Shown: positions 29,850-39,200 of the stretch, piece by piece
Position numbering within the stretch: position 1 is the first letter of the stretch
Layout of the letters: the number at the start of each line of letters is the position of its first letter
Assembly (NCBI GenBank): GCA_002701645.1
Contig: NZWP01000022.1
Location: 21,982-64,362, forward strand
DNA: 42,381 nucleotides
Source: Fidelibacterota bacterium
Lineage (GTDB): Bacteria > Fidelibacterota > Marinisomatia > Marinisomatales > Marinisomataceae
Direction of reading: 5' to 3'
Made by a program: the position numbers and the translations under genes
Notes under the pieces: generated by a model
Databases searched by the model: none
Told to the model about the DNA's origin: nothing
The model's input: only the letters and a program-made list of their open reading frames with translations

Positions 29850-29861
29850 AATTGCTATTTT

Positions 29862-30077
29862 TCACTCATCTCTATCATCTTTTTTTTCTGCATTATCAAT
29901 CCAAGCACTAAAACCTGATGGCTTTCTCTTTGCTTCGCTTTTCTTAGATCTCTTCGCCCAATCAATCATCCATTGTCCTTTTGTCTTTCCGTTCTTTTCC
30001 TCATAATATTCTACACAGTCATAAAAGTCATTATGTTCAGGAGTTCCCTCAAAACCGCATGTGCAATTTTTAGTCAT
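29862..30077 (-). CDS. Small hypothetical protein with CxC...H...C motif
   Basis: ATG 30077 overlaps the upstream TGA (ATGA); reads MTKNCTCGFEGTPEHNDFYDC. Confidence 0.55.
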   Translation of the reverse strand: MTKNCTCGFEGTPEHNDFYDCVEYYEEKNGKTKGQWMIDWAKRSKKSEAKRKPSGFSAWIDNAEKKDDRDE

Positions 30078-32056
30078 TTTTTTAAACAAGACATTAGGTG
30101 TTCATATAACATTAACATTGCCAATGTATCTAACTCGCAATAGTTAAGCAAACCCTTTCTTAGTCCTTTTTTTTCTGTTTCAGAAATTTGTGAAAATTGT
30201 AATACTTGAAATGCTTTCATTGCACCCGATCCATCCTTCAAAGAATCTTTATGGAAAAGAGCCCTATCTAGGTCTTGAGAAGTTAAATCTTTAAGCTTAG
30301 GCAATATATCATAAGGATCAATTACATTACCGTTGACTTCTTTGAAAAGAATATAATCATTTAAGTTAGTACCAAATGACAAGGGAGTTGAGTATTTGTG
30401 TTTTAAAATTTTGCTTGTTGACATTATTGCTGGTAAAACCGCTTTTAAAGAATTTGATCCATTAGTCAAAGGATGATAATAATTATTTTCCACAAATTTA
30501 CACATATCAACCATAGCTCTTTCTGGCTCATGCTCTCCTCTTGTAAAAGTAATTGAATCAATAAAATCTATTTCATCTTTGAATTTATTTTTATGAGCAA
30601 GCATCCTTTGTTTAGCAGACTTTAATACAGCATTTTCATGATTAGCATACATAAAAATTGTACCGCTATCATTTGATAAAATATTTTTTAGTTCTTTAAC
30701 AAATTGTATAGTAGGATCGATTGGAGACTTATCAGCTAACCATTCAAAATGTTTTATATCACCATTTTCGAACAAAGTATGAATAGAATATTGCGATGCA
30801 ATAACAGCATAAGGAAATTCATTTTTATGAAATGGTAATGGAACAGTACAAGTTTCAAAGTCTATGAAATGTAGAGGAAAATTCCACTCATTCATTATTT
30901 CAAAAATATCATCACTAAACCATTCCGATGCATTTTTTCTTGCTGAAAGTTTTATTTGTAAAGATTGTCTTTTATAACGTTTAGTATCAGGATTTAAAGG
31001 ATTAAGTTTAGGATTATTATGCAAATCTTTAATTGAAAAAATATTTTCGTTAAATAATTCCGGTATTTTATTTTTTGGAAAATTCCAAATAGATGATATG
31101 TAATTTTCACTTTTGCTATAATTTGGAATGATTTCTTGATAGCAAAAAGGACACATAGAACAACATGCTCCAATATCGCTATCAGATTTATCTAAAGATA
31201 CACCGTTTTTATAGGAATCAGATAACTGATGAGCAGACTCAATGAACGTTGAACTATTATCAGTTCCAAACTCAGATAAAGGACGATTTAATAAATCAAA
31301 AAAATTATCATTGCCTAATGGCTGATCATACAAAATTGAGTTTACAACTCTTTTTACATTTACATCCTGCAATACGGTATCTTTAATTTTTTATTTATTT
31401 AGATTTATTTCTTCCTCGTTTACTTCTACCCCTAATCGACTTTCACCATTCTCTGTATCTGTTTTAATAATGGTAAACAGTTGGTTTAGGCCGTCCATAT
31501 TCGTTTCTTTGCTTTTATTTACAAGCATAAGGTATGGTGTAATTGACCATTCAGGAAAAGCCTGAGATGTAACATAAGTTTGGAAGGCAACATCTGCTAA
31601 GTAAGGCCTCCATGTGCTATTGATAGATACGCCAGATTTTTTAAAACTTAAAAAATCATGTTCATCATCTGAAGTGCACGATTTTGCTTTAACTTCAACC
31701 AATTGAATAGTATTCCCTTTTTTAACTAAAACATCTACCCTAATGAAAAAATTATCAAAAGTAATAGCTGGCTCAGCAATTACAACATTCCTATGCTCAA
31801 GGGCTTTATTGGTAGCTTTAATTGACTCTTCATAACCTAGTGAGGTGATATCTACATAATGATATTCTGGAAAGTGAAACTTGTAATAATATTTGGCAAG
31901 CTCACCAACTTGATATCCTCCTTCAGCCAAAATCTCTAAAAATTCATTACCACTGTCTTGATTTTTATAGTCATCATAATAATAAAGTTTTTTTGGACAT
32001 TCGAGACCAATTTTCATTCTTGATTTCGTTAAATAACGTTCTTTACTCTTGCTCAT
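30074..32056 (-). pseudogene. DUF2779-type Cas4-like PD-(D/E)xK nuclease plus DEDD exonuclease domain, interrupted by one in-frame TAA at 31391-31393
   Basis: ORFs 31391..32056 and 30074..31372 share a frame (TAA AAA ATT AAA GAT ACC GTA TTG). Motifs: LECPKKLYY, RVDVL...VEVKAK, DVAFQTYV, CCSMCPF, FIDFET, SLKAVLP, YCELD. Confidence 0.8.
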
Positions 32057-32600
32057 CTGGATTATTAATATCTTTTTTTTGATAAATTATCTTACCAAAT
32101 CTTTTGATTTGTTCTAGTTGTATAGCAATAGTTTGTAAATCAGCTTCAACTTCGTCTTCTAAATCATCTTCTCCAAAAATATCTCTTGTTTGCTGAATCC
32201 ATAATCCACGATCTTCATTAACTTGTTCATCTGGATAGTGGGATACATCTTTCCAATCTTCAAGAATTTCATCAAGAATTTCTTTTTTTGTCATATCAGC
32301 TATTCCATACTCTGAGGACATAAGATTTCGCCATACTTCAATGATTGAATCTTTAGGAACTTTTGCCTTTTTACTGTCCCCGACATATTCGATTTTAGGA
32401 TTTCTTTTCACAGAATAAAGCCAACCTTCTTCCCTTTTAATATTTAACTCAGCAACCATAGGAGCTTTATATCCTTTGGATTTTGGGCCCATTGTAGTTT
32501 CATACAAGTTTCCATCAGCTCCTATGTAATACAACTTTCCTAATTCTGGTGTATGATCAGTTTTTAAAACAAATTCTTCTACTCTGTATCGGTGTTCCAT
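32043..32600 (-). CDS. Hypothetical protein with duplicated GxLY motif (possibly CC1-like) and an acidic C-terminus
   Basis: AAGGA-type RBS upstream; overlaps the nuclease gene by 14 nt; repeats LGKLYYIGADGN and KREEGWLYSV. Confidence 0.65.
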   Translation of the reverse strand: MEHRYRVEEFVLKTDHTPELGKLYYIGADGNLYETTMGPKSKGYKAPMVAELNIKREEGWLYSVKRNPKIEYVGDSKKAKVPKDSIIEVWRNLMSSEYGIADMTKKEILDEILEDWKDVSHYPDEQVNEDRGLWIQQTRDIFGEDDLEDEVEADLQTIAIQLEQIKRFGKIIYQKKDINNPDEQE

Positions 32601-32658
32601 CTTATTTTATTTCATATTCCTTTTCTATCTTAGTTAAAAATATCATACAATTCTCTCT

Positions 32659-33042
32659 TTATCTAGTATCTAAAAATCTATTTAAACCGTAATCAATATT
32701 ATCTGGCAAACGATTCAAAGAAAAATAACCCCAATCTGTGTGTTCTTTATTTATTATTGGAATAATTTTGATATCAGAGTGATAATGATAGATATATAAA
32801 ATAGATCCTGTTTTGTTTTTAGTACGATGCAAAAATCTGATATTGTTTTTAATTTCTAATTGTGTTTCTTCTTTCAGCTCTCTAAGCATACCTTCATAAG
32901 CTGATTCGCCTTCTTTAATATGTCCTTTAGGAATAGCCCATGTCCCCTGAGGTCGCTGTAGAAGTAATATTTTTTCCTCAAATTCAATAATGATACCCGC
33001 TGTTTCATTGGTATCATTTTTATCTATATCATCATATCTCAC
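32659..33042 (-). CDS. Nudix hydrolase
   Basis: Nudix box PKGHIKEGESAYEGMLRELKEETQL; C-terminal EHTDWGYF. Confidence 0.9.
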   Translation of the reverse strand: MRYDDIDKNDTNETAGIIIEFEEKILLLQRPQGTWAIPKGHIKEGESAYEGMLRELKEETQLEIKNNIRFLHRTKNKTGSILYIYHYHSDIKIIPIINKEHTDWGYFSLNRLPDNIDYGLNRFLDTR

Positions 33043-33120
33043 TTACTCTAATTCAATTCTTCCTTTATTTCTTCCGTCTCTCACTCTTTGTAATTATGGA
33101 TGGACTACTTCTCCATTTAT

Positions 33121-33504
33121 TTAATAAGATTCCTCTTTATCATATGATGATGCAGAGTGAACATACTGATTTTCACAATATAAGTAAGTGGTGTTAATAA
33201 AATATTCACATGTACACCCTTCTTCGCAATCATCACAATCATCTTCCTTTAACTCTTCTGTATATAGCTCTGCTTCTTCTTTATTCAAATCTGCTTCTTT
33301 TTGTGATAAAATTGAAGCAAAAGCATCCCAATCTCCGGCATCTATGCGACCTATCTCTTCTAAATTGTCGCTATTTTCATTTAGTAAGTCTTCTTTGTTA
33401 ATATTAAAAATTAAAATTTCTTTATAAAGATTATCAGTAAAGCCACCTAGATCAAATGTCCAATAATCAATATCAATATCGTCTAAATTTAATTTTTCAC
33501 TCAT
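33121..33504 (-). CDS. Highly acidic hypothetical protein with Cys cluster
   Basis: AAAGGAG RBS; about 36/127 residues are D/E; CDDCEEGCTC. Confidence 0.7.
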   Translation of the reverse strand: MSEKLNLDDIDIDYWTFDLGGFTDNLYKEILIFNINKEDLLNENSDNLEEIGRIDAGDWDAFASILSQKEADLNKEEAELYTEELKEDDCDDCEEGCTCEYFINTTYLYCENQYVHSASSYDKEESY

Positions 33505-33610
33505 TTCTCACTCCTTTATATTGATTCTATATAAGTTTACGATATTTTTGAAGATGTGTGGTAGAAAAAAGAGTATGGATAAGGTAAAAAATACTATGTT
33601 GTCGACGAGT

Positions 33611-33662
33611 GCGGAGAGAGAGGGATTCGAACCCTCGATACAATTGCTCGTATAACACCTTA
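33611..33662 (-). repeat. 3' half of tRNA-Ser(GCT): att-like direct repeat of 34424-34475
   Basis: 49/52 identical to the 3' part of the intact tRNA-Ser, from the anticodon loop to one base past the discriminator. Confidence 0.93.
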
Positions 33663-33701
33663 TTATGTTGCCAATCCAAATCTACCCATCATCCCGGAAA
33701 C

Positions 33702-33726
33702 AAAAAACCCCACGAATGTGTGGCTT
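33702..33726 (-). terminator. Probable intrinsic terminator of the cassette ORF
   Basis: Minus strand AAGCCACAC-ATTC-GTGGGGTTT followed by a T-run. Confidence 0.55.
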
Positions 33727-33766
33727 GATGTTGTATAATTAGTTAGGCTTATCTATGGTGCCTTTA

Positions 33767-34303
33767 TTAACATTTATTTTCTATTCTCTGAATCCATTCT
33801 TTATCATCCGGGAATCCATAATTTTTATCATCTAAATAACCTAGAAAATTCTCGTAATCCTCTGAACTTGAGCATAATTCTTCCATAAATTGAAGAGCTT
33901 CCTTGTTGATAGGTTTTAAAACTTTATTAAATCCTTTATATTTTTCATCTTCTTCATTAAAAAATGGTGTATACCAATCTTCCATATGATTGTAAGCGCA
34001 TTCTTCAGGACTATCCCACAATCCGTGATTATCTTCACCATCAGCAAAATCTTCAGAAATCTTTTCAAATCCCTTATAATGAACTCTACCAAACCACTCA
34101 TAATCTGAAGTGTGTTCTGATATAGTTTCAGAAATTTTAACATAATTATCCAAATGGACAGCTGCATCTTCAGCTCTGCGTAACAATTCAATTGCTGCTT
34201 TTTCATCATATTCAAATAAAGCATCTGCTAACGAAGGTATTTCGTTAAAATCTTCATCGTCATTAAGATTAGATATCTTTAAAAGCAGTTCATCTTTTGT
34301 CAT
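33767..34303 (-). CDS. Acidic hypothetical protein (cassette cargo)
   Basis: Start placed at ATG 34303 after AAAAGGAG; the ORF is open from 34321; strongly D/E-rich, no family recognised. Confidence 0.7.
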   Translation of the reverse strand: MTKDELLLKISNLNDDEDFNEIPSLADALFEYDEKAAIELLRRAEDAAVHLDNYVKISETISEHTSDYEWFGRVHYKGFEKISEDFADGEDNHGLWDSPEECAYNHMEDWYTPFFNEEDEKYKGFNKVLKPINKEALQFMEELCSSSEDYENFLGYLDDKNYGFPDDKEWIQRIENKC

Positions 34304-34378
34304 TTTATTTCTCCTTTTCATTGCTCTTTCAGTTCAGTTTTGGTCATTTCATTGACTTTCTGACACTATTCAATTCCT

Positions 34379-34416
34379 TAAAATTAATCATAATAAATAA
34401 AATTAATCATAATAAA
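34379..34416. repeat. Perfect 19-bp tandem repeat
   Basis: TAAAATTAATCATAATAAA twice (34379-34397 and 34398-34416). Confidence 0.9.
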
Positions 34417-34424
34417 GTTTATCG

Positions 34425-34511
34425 CGGAGAGAGAGGGATTCGAACCCTCGATACAGTTTCCCGTATAACACCTTAGCAGGGTGCCGCTTTCAACCACTCA
34501 GCCACCTCTCC
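34425..34511 (-). tRNA. tRNA-Ser(GCT)
   Basis: GGAGAGGTGGCTGAGTGGTTGAAAGCGGCACCCTGCTAAGGTGTTATACGGGAAACTGTATCGAGGGTTCGAATCCCTCTCTCTCCG. Long variable arm, G discriminator, CCA not encoded. Confidence 0.95.
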
Positions 34512-34538
34512 AAACATGGGGAATTTACATTAAGAATA

Positions 34539-35516
34539 CTATGAACTCGATAAAAAAGATACAAGTCGGTCTTTCAATGTATCTAATCCGACATTACTTA
34601 CTGATGAAATGTCTATATATTCTTCTGAAAAATCATTCCAATTCTCTAAATCTTCTACCTTATCCATTGTATCGCGCTTTGTACGTATTACCAATTTTGG
34701 CTTATCCATTAACGTCTTATTAAAACTAGACAGCTCATTTGATAACTTGTCAAATGTATCTTGTGGGTCAGGGTCTAAAATATCAATTAAAAATAATAAA
34801 ATTCTATTACGCTCTATATGTCTCAAGAATTGATGCCCCAATCCTTTACCTTGACTAGCGCCCTCAATAAGACCTGGAATATCGGCCATGACAAATGATT
34901 GATATTCTCCATATTTTACAATTCCTAAGTGAGGTTGTAAGGTTGTAAATGGATAGTCTGCGATCTTCGGTTTTGCCGTGGTCATCACAGATAATAAAGT
35001 AGATTTTCCAGCATTCGGTAAACCAACTAAGCCTACATCTGCTAAAATTTTTAGCTCCAGCTCAACTTGTAATGACTCTCCGGAAATTCCTTGCTGTGCA
35101 AATCTAGGAGTTTGTTGTGTAGAAGACTTGAAATTATAATTTCCTCTACCTCCAATACCACCCCTACAAACCACGCGATGCTCGTTTTCTTTAACCATAT
35201 CAACAACAACTTCGTTTGTATTTAAATCTTTAATAATTGTACCGCAAGGTACTTGAATAATAAGATCTTCTCCTGATTTACCTGTGCGCTTATTTGCTCC
35301 TCCAGATTTACCATTTTGAGCTTTATATAGACGACGATATCGAATATCTTGAAGTGTGTGTAAATTAGGGTTGGTTAAAAAAACAATGTTTCCGCCTTTT
35401 CCACCATTGCCGCCACTAGGACCACCTTTATCTATATATTTTTCTCGATGAAAAGCAACGACGCCTGTGCCACCGTTTCCGGCTTGCAATTTTATTTTTG
35501 CATAATCAATAAACAT
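34539..35516 (-). CDS. obgE: GTPase ObgE/CgtA
   Basis: Gly-rich Obg domain, GLPNAGKST, YPFTTL, DIPGLIEGA. Confidence 0.97.
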   Translation of the reverse strand: MFIDYAKIKLQAGNGGTGVVAFHREKYIDKGGPSGGNGGKGGNIVFLTNPNLHTLQDIRYRRLYKAQNGKSGGANKRTGKSGEDLIIQVPCGTIIKDLNTNEVVVDMVKENEHRVVCRGGIGGRGNYNFKSSTQQTPRFAQQGISGESLQVELELKILADVGLVGLPNAGKSTLLSVMTTAKPKIADYPFTTLQPHLGIVKYGEYQSFVMADIPGLIEGASQGKGLGHQFLRHIERNRILLFLIDILDPDPQDTFDKLSNELSSFNKTLMDKPKLVIRTKRDTMDKVEDLENWNDFSEEYIDISSVSNVGLDTLKDRLVSFLSSS

Positions 35517-35525
35517 AATAAAAAC

Positions 35526-36788
35526 CTAAAAGTTGTTAATAATTTCGTCGCCAAATTCTGAACATTTTAACAGTGTTGCTCCAGACATTAAACGTTCAAA
35601 ATCGTATGTGACTCTCTTCTTATGAATTGCCATTTCTAGTGCTCTCTCAATAAGAGCAGCTGGCTCTGTCCATCCCATATACTGTAGCATCATGACACCA
35701 GACAAAATCACTGAAGAGGGATTAACCTTATCTAGTCCAGCATATTTTGGAGCCGTCCCATGGGTTGCTTCAAAGATAGCATGACCAGAACTATAATTAA
35801 TATTTGCTCCAGGAGAAATTCCTATACCACCAACCGCTGCCGCTGCAGAATCTGATAAATAATCACCGTTTAAATTCATCGTGGCTATTACATCATATTC
35901 ATCAGGTCTTAATAGAATTTGCTGAAGAAATGCATCGGCAATCACATCCTTAATAATAATCTTTCCTTCTGATTCAGCTTTAGCTTGAGCGGCATTAGCA
36001 GCATGGGCATCTTTCTTGTCTTTAATTCTGTCATATTCCATCCATGTAAATACCTTATCAGCATAGTTAGCTTCAGCATGTTCATAAGTCCATTTTTTAA
36101 AGTACCCTTCTGTGAACTTCATAATATTGCCTTTGTGAACTATCGTAACTGATCTTCTATTATGCTCAATAGCATACTTCAAGGCAGAATCAAATAGTCT
36201 TATTGAACCTTCTTTTGATATAGGTTTAATCCCAATAGAACTTGAGTCTGGAAATCTAATCTTGTGTCCTTCACCCAATTCATTTAATAAAGCAATAATT
36301 CGTCTTGCTCCATCAGAATCTTTTGGAAATTCTATTCCACTGTATACATCTTCTGTATTTTCTCTAAACAACACAAAATTAACCCTATAAGGGTCCACAA
36401 TCGCTGCAGGAGCGCCTCGAAACCATCTTACAGGACGTACACAAGCATATAGATCTAATTCTTTCCTTAATGTTACATTTAATGAGCGCATTCCACCCCC
36501 AACAGGAGTAGTCAGCGGACCTTTGATTCCTACGTAATGAGATTTAAGAATATCTAATGTTTCAGATGGGAGCCATTCCCCTGTTTTATTAAACGCTTTT
36601 TCTCCGCATAAAACCTCTAACCATTCAATTTTTTTTGAACCTTTATAACAATGCTCAACTGCAGCATCAATTACTTTTTGTGCAGCATTCCAAATATCTG
36701 GTCCAATACCATCTCCCTCTATAAATGGAATAATCGGATTATCGCTTACAATCAATTGATTATCTTTATAAGTTATCTTATCAGCCAT
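35526..36788 (-). CDS. icd: Isocitrate dehydrogenase (NADP-type, homodimeric)
   Basis: [60 protein letters not shown]. Confidence 0.96.
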   Translation of the reverse strand: MADKITYKDNQLIVSDNPIIPFIEGDGIGPDIWNAAQKVIDAAVEHCYKGSKKIEWLEVLCGEKAFNKTGEWLPSETLDILKSHYVGIKGPLTTPVGGGMRSLNVTLRKELDLYACVRPVRWFRGAPAAIVDPYRVNFVLFRENTEDVYSGIEFPKDSDGARRIIALLNELGEGHKIRFPDSSSIGIKPISKEGSIRLFDSALKYAIEHNRRSVTIVHKGNIMKFTEGYFKKWTYEHAEANYADKVFTWMEYDRIKDKKDAHAANAAQAKAESEGKIIIKDVIADAFLQQILLRPDEYDVIATMNLNGDYLSDSAAAAVGGIGISPGANINYSSGHAIFEATHGTAPKYAGLDKVNPSSVILSGVMMLQYMGWTEPAALIERALEMAIHKKRVTYDFERLMSGATLLKCSEFGDEIINNF

Positions 36789-37281
36789 TGTTCTCTTTCA
36801 TTTTTTCTATCAATCTATTTTCAACACTTTTTGGTACAAACTTAGATAAATCAGTATTGTATTTAGCCAATTCTCTAATAATGGTAGAATTCAAATGAAG
36901 AAATTTCTCATTTGATACCATTAAAATAGTAGAGATATCAGGATTAATGCCATAATTTACCATTGCCATTTGAAATTCTAATTCAAAATCGCTCACATGT
37001 CTCAACCCTCTAATAATAGCCACAGCACCATGCTCTTTTGCAAATCTTATTACTAAATTTTTTGGATTAGAATGCACATAAACATTTTCAATATCATGAA
37101 CACATTCTTCTATCATATCCATTCTTTCTTCATGAGAAAATAATGGATTTTTATGCAAATTATCTGAGATACAAATATGTACTTCATCAAACAACTTTGC
37201 TGCTCTTTTTGTGATATCAAGATGTCCATAGTGAAGTGGATCAAAAGTGCCTGGATATATTATTCTTTTCATGCTTCCCAA
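36781..37281 (-). CDS. coaD: Pantetheine-phosphate adenylyltransferase
   Basis: [19 protein letters not shown]...DFELE. Confidence 0.95.
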   Translation of the reverse strand: MGSMKRIIYPGTFDPLHYGHLDITKRAAKLFDEVHICISDNLHKNPLFSHEERMDMIEECVHDIENVYVHSNPKNLVIRFAKEHGAVAIIRGLRHVSDFELEFQMAMVNYGINPDISTILMVSNEKFLHLNSTIIRELAKYNTDLSKFVPKSVENRLIEKMKENNG

Positions 37282-37775
37282 TATAGTAGTTGTGTGTCCC
37301 CAAATTTACCAATTTTATGATACCCTGCAAGCGATTCATTTTTACTGCATTCAAGGACAAAAATTCCTCCAGGATTTAGTTTTTTACAAGCCAAATCAAT
37401 AAGTGCGGGTAGATTAGCTAGTCCATATGGTGGATCAGCAAAGATAACATCGTATTTATCGCATTTTTTAAGAAATCTTAATGAATCTCTCACCAGAAAA
37501 TTAAAATGGTTATAATTGATTGATTCTGCGCTCTTCCTAATTTGACTCATATGCTGCTTATTCATCTCTATAAAAGTAACGGTATTTGCTCCCCTACTAC
37601 TCGCTTCAAAACCAACGATACCAGATCCTGCATATAAATCTAAAAAATCTTTATTCTCAAGAGATCTTAGTGTATCAAAAAGACTTTTTCTAACAATAGA
37701 TGTAGTTGGTCTATATAAAAACCGAGGATTTATGATAATTGATTGATTTTTAAATGTACCAGCTAATATCTTCAT
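37269..37775 (-). CDS. rsmD: 16S rRNA m2G966 methyltransferase RsmD family
   Basis: MKILAG, RPT, LDLYAGSG...FEASSRGA, FADPPY. Confidence 0.9.
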   Translation of the reverse strand: MKILAGTFKNQSIIINPRFLYRPTTSIVRKSLFDTLRSLENKDFLDLYAGSGIVGFEASSRGANTVTFIEMNKQHMSQIRKSAESINYNHFNFLVRDSLRFLKKCDKYDVIFADPPYGLANLPALIDLACKKLNPGGIFVLECSKNESLAGYHKIGKFGDTQLLYWEA

Positions 37776-39196
37776 GACCTCAAAGCTGTAATATATAAAT
37801 GAACTGAATTATTGGTCTTGGTATATAAAATCTTTCTTAGGATTAAATTATTATACTGCTTTACATCTTGAAGAATTTTTATTGATGTATCTATGCTTTC
37901 GCATCTAATAACAATATTATCAGATATTTTATCAAAAAATGAACCGTCAGTTCGTTCAAATTGACTAGTATTATCTATGCTAGAGATTAAGCTTAATAAA
38001 TCATATACCAATATAGAGCTTTCTATCGATGGGACTGTAGATAATGTGACAGTATATGCGCCACTTATACCATCGTTAGCATTAGTATTGATATTAATTC
38101 GACTATCAACAATAACTATGCTTTGAATTTTATCCATATTGTCAGAATTGGTAATCATTTCAAATTCATTAATAGCGGCATATGAACTAGTACGATATTT
38201 TTGTACCTGATTGACGGGAGGTTTAGTTTGTATCTCTTTAATTTCCTGTATATTTAACGGAGTTTCATTATATATAAAATCAAAGTCACTTATTGCTGCT
38301 AAAGTAAAGATTAGTAATCCTAAGGTTAATAATCCTGCAACAATATTTTGTAAATATTGAGAGAAGTTAAAATGACTGCTTTTATCAAGAACAATTCTTG
38401 CCTTGCTATAATTTTGATTATCTAAAATTTGCACCCCAAAAGGTTTAACAAAATTTAATATAGGCGATGAATCTTTTATGATTTTTGCAAAAAATTCTAC
38501 AATCTTTACATCGTTAAACATAATATGTTTAAGATTGGCATTTTTAAAATCTCTCTCTTTAAACTTAGCCGTATCAGTTAATCCTACAATTCTTCTAAAT
38601 CCTTTATCTTTTCCAGTAAAACTTCCCCTATAGAAAGAAAATCCTTTTTTTGAATAATTAAAAATCGAATATATGCGCGATGACTTAGTAACGGCATATT
38701 GAGTACTTTTAGTCCCTGAAAGAACAATACTAGATATTGGAACAAGAAACTTAATATCTACTCCAGAATTATTAAAATTCAACTTAATCTTCTCTCTTAA
38801 ATAATGATTCATTTCTGCTGTATGAAATATATTTTTTGAAGATTTCTTACTCTCCGATATTGAAAAATAATTTCTAAACAACTCTTTCCACTTACCTTGC
38901 AATTCTTGCTTAATTTTCTGAGATAAATTTGACTGATTTTTTTTAGATATAACACTCAAAGAATGAGATAATATCGAGTCATCTATAGCGATAGCTGCTT
39001 TTCTATTTTCTAAATCTATTTTTTCGCCTAACTCGTCAAGCGCTTGTGCAATCACGCTACTTAATAGTTTAGAATTATTATCTATTGATATAAGATTATG
39101 ATGAAATTTTATTTTGAGCTCTAAGTGTGCTGAATCAGTTTCAGAGCTTTTTTTAAATACAGAAAGAGTATCGCTATATACTATAAAGTACAGCAA
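37772..39196 (-). CDS. Hypothetical bitopic membrane protein (possibly degenerate PilM/PilN- or GspL-like)
   Basis: About 280-aa soluble N-terminal domain, one TM (IVAGLLTLGLLIFTLAAI), then a C-terminal domain; overlaps rsmD by 4 nt. Confidence 0.6.
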   Translation of the reverse strand: MLYFIVYSDTLSVFKKSSETDSAHLELKIKFHHNLISIDNNSKLLSSVIAQALDELGEKIDLENRKAAIAIDDSILSHSLSVISKKNQSNLSQKIKQELQGKWKELFRNYFSISESKKSSKNIFHTAEMNHYLREKIKLNFNNSGVDIKFLVPISSIVLSGTKSTQYAVTKSSRIYSIFNYSKKGFSFYRGSFTGKDKGFRRIVGLTDTAKFKERDFKNANLKHIMFNDVKIVEFFAKIIKDSSPILNFVKPFGVQILDNQNYSKARIVLDKSSHFNFSQYLQNIVAGLLTLGLLIFTLAAISDFDFIYNETPLNIQEIKEIQTKPPVNQVQKYRTSSYAAINEFEMITNSDNMDKIQSIVIVDSRININTNANDGISGAYTVTLSTVPSIESSILVYDLLSLISSIDNTSQFERTDGSFFDKISDNIVIRCESIDTSIKILQDVKQYNNLILRKILYTKTNNSVHLYITALRS

Positions 39197-39200
39197 TCAA

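Larger units (their letters stand above)
33611..34475. mobile_element. tRNA-Ser-integrated mini-island / gene cassette without integrase
   Basis: Bounded by the two tRNA 3' copies (period 813 bp); contains one ORF and its own terminator. Confidence 0.7.

Noticed and set aside
31391-31393. Selenocysteine, pyrrolysine or alternative-code readthrough in the nuclease gene
   Set aside because: The stop is TAA, which ends many genes here; TGA and TAG are also used as normal stops.
30074-32056. CRISPR-Cas locus because of the Cas4-like motifs
   Set aside because: No repeat-spacer array or other cas genes were seen.
33611-33662. A second functional tRNA-Ser gene
   Set aside because: The 5' half (acceptor 5' strand, D arm, most of the anticodon) is absent.
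29862-34423. Prophage or IS element
   Set aside because: No integrase, transposase, terminase or virion genes were recognised.
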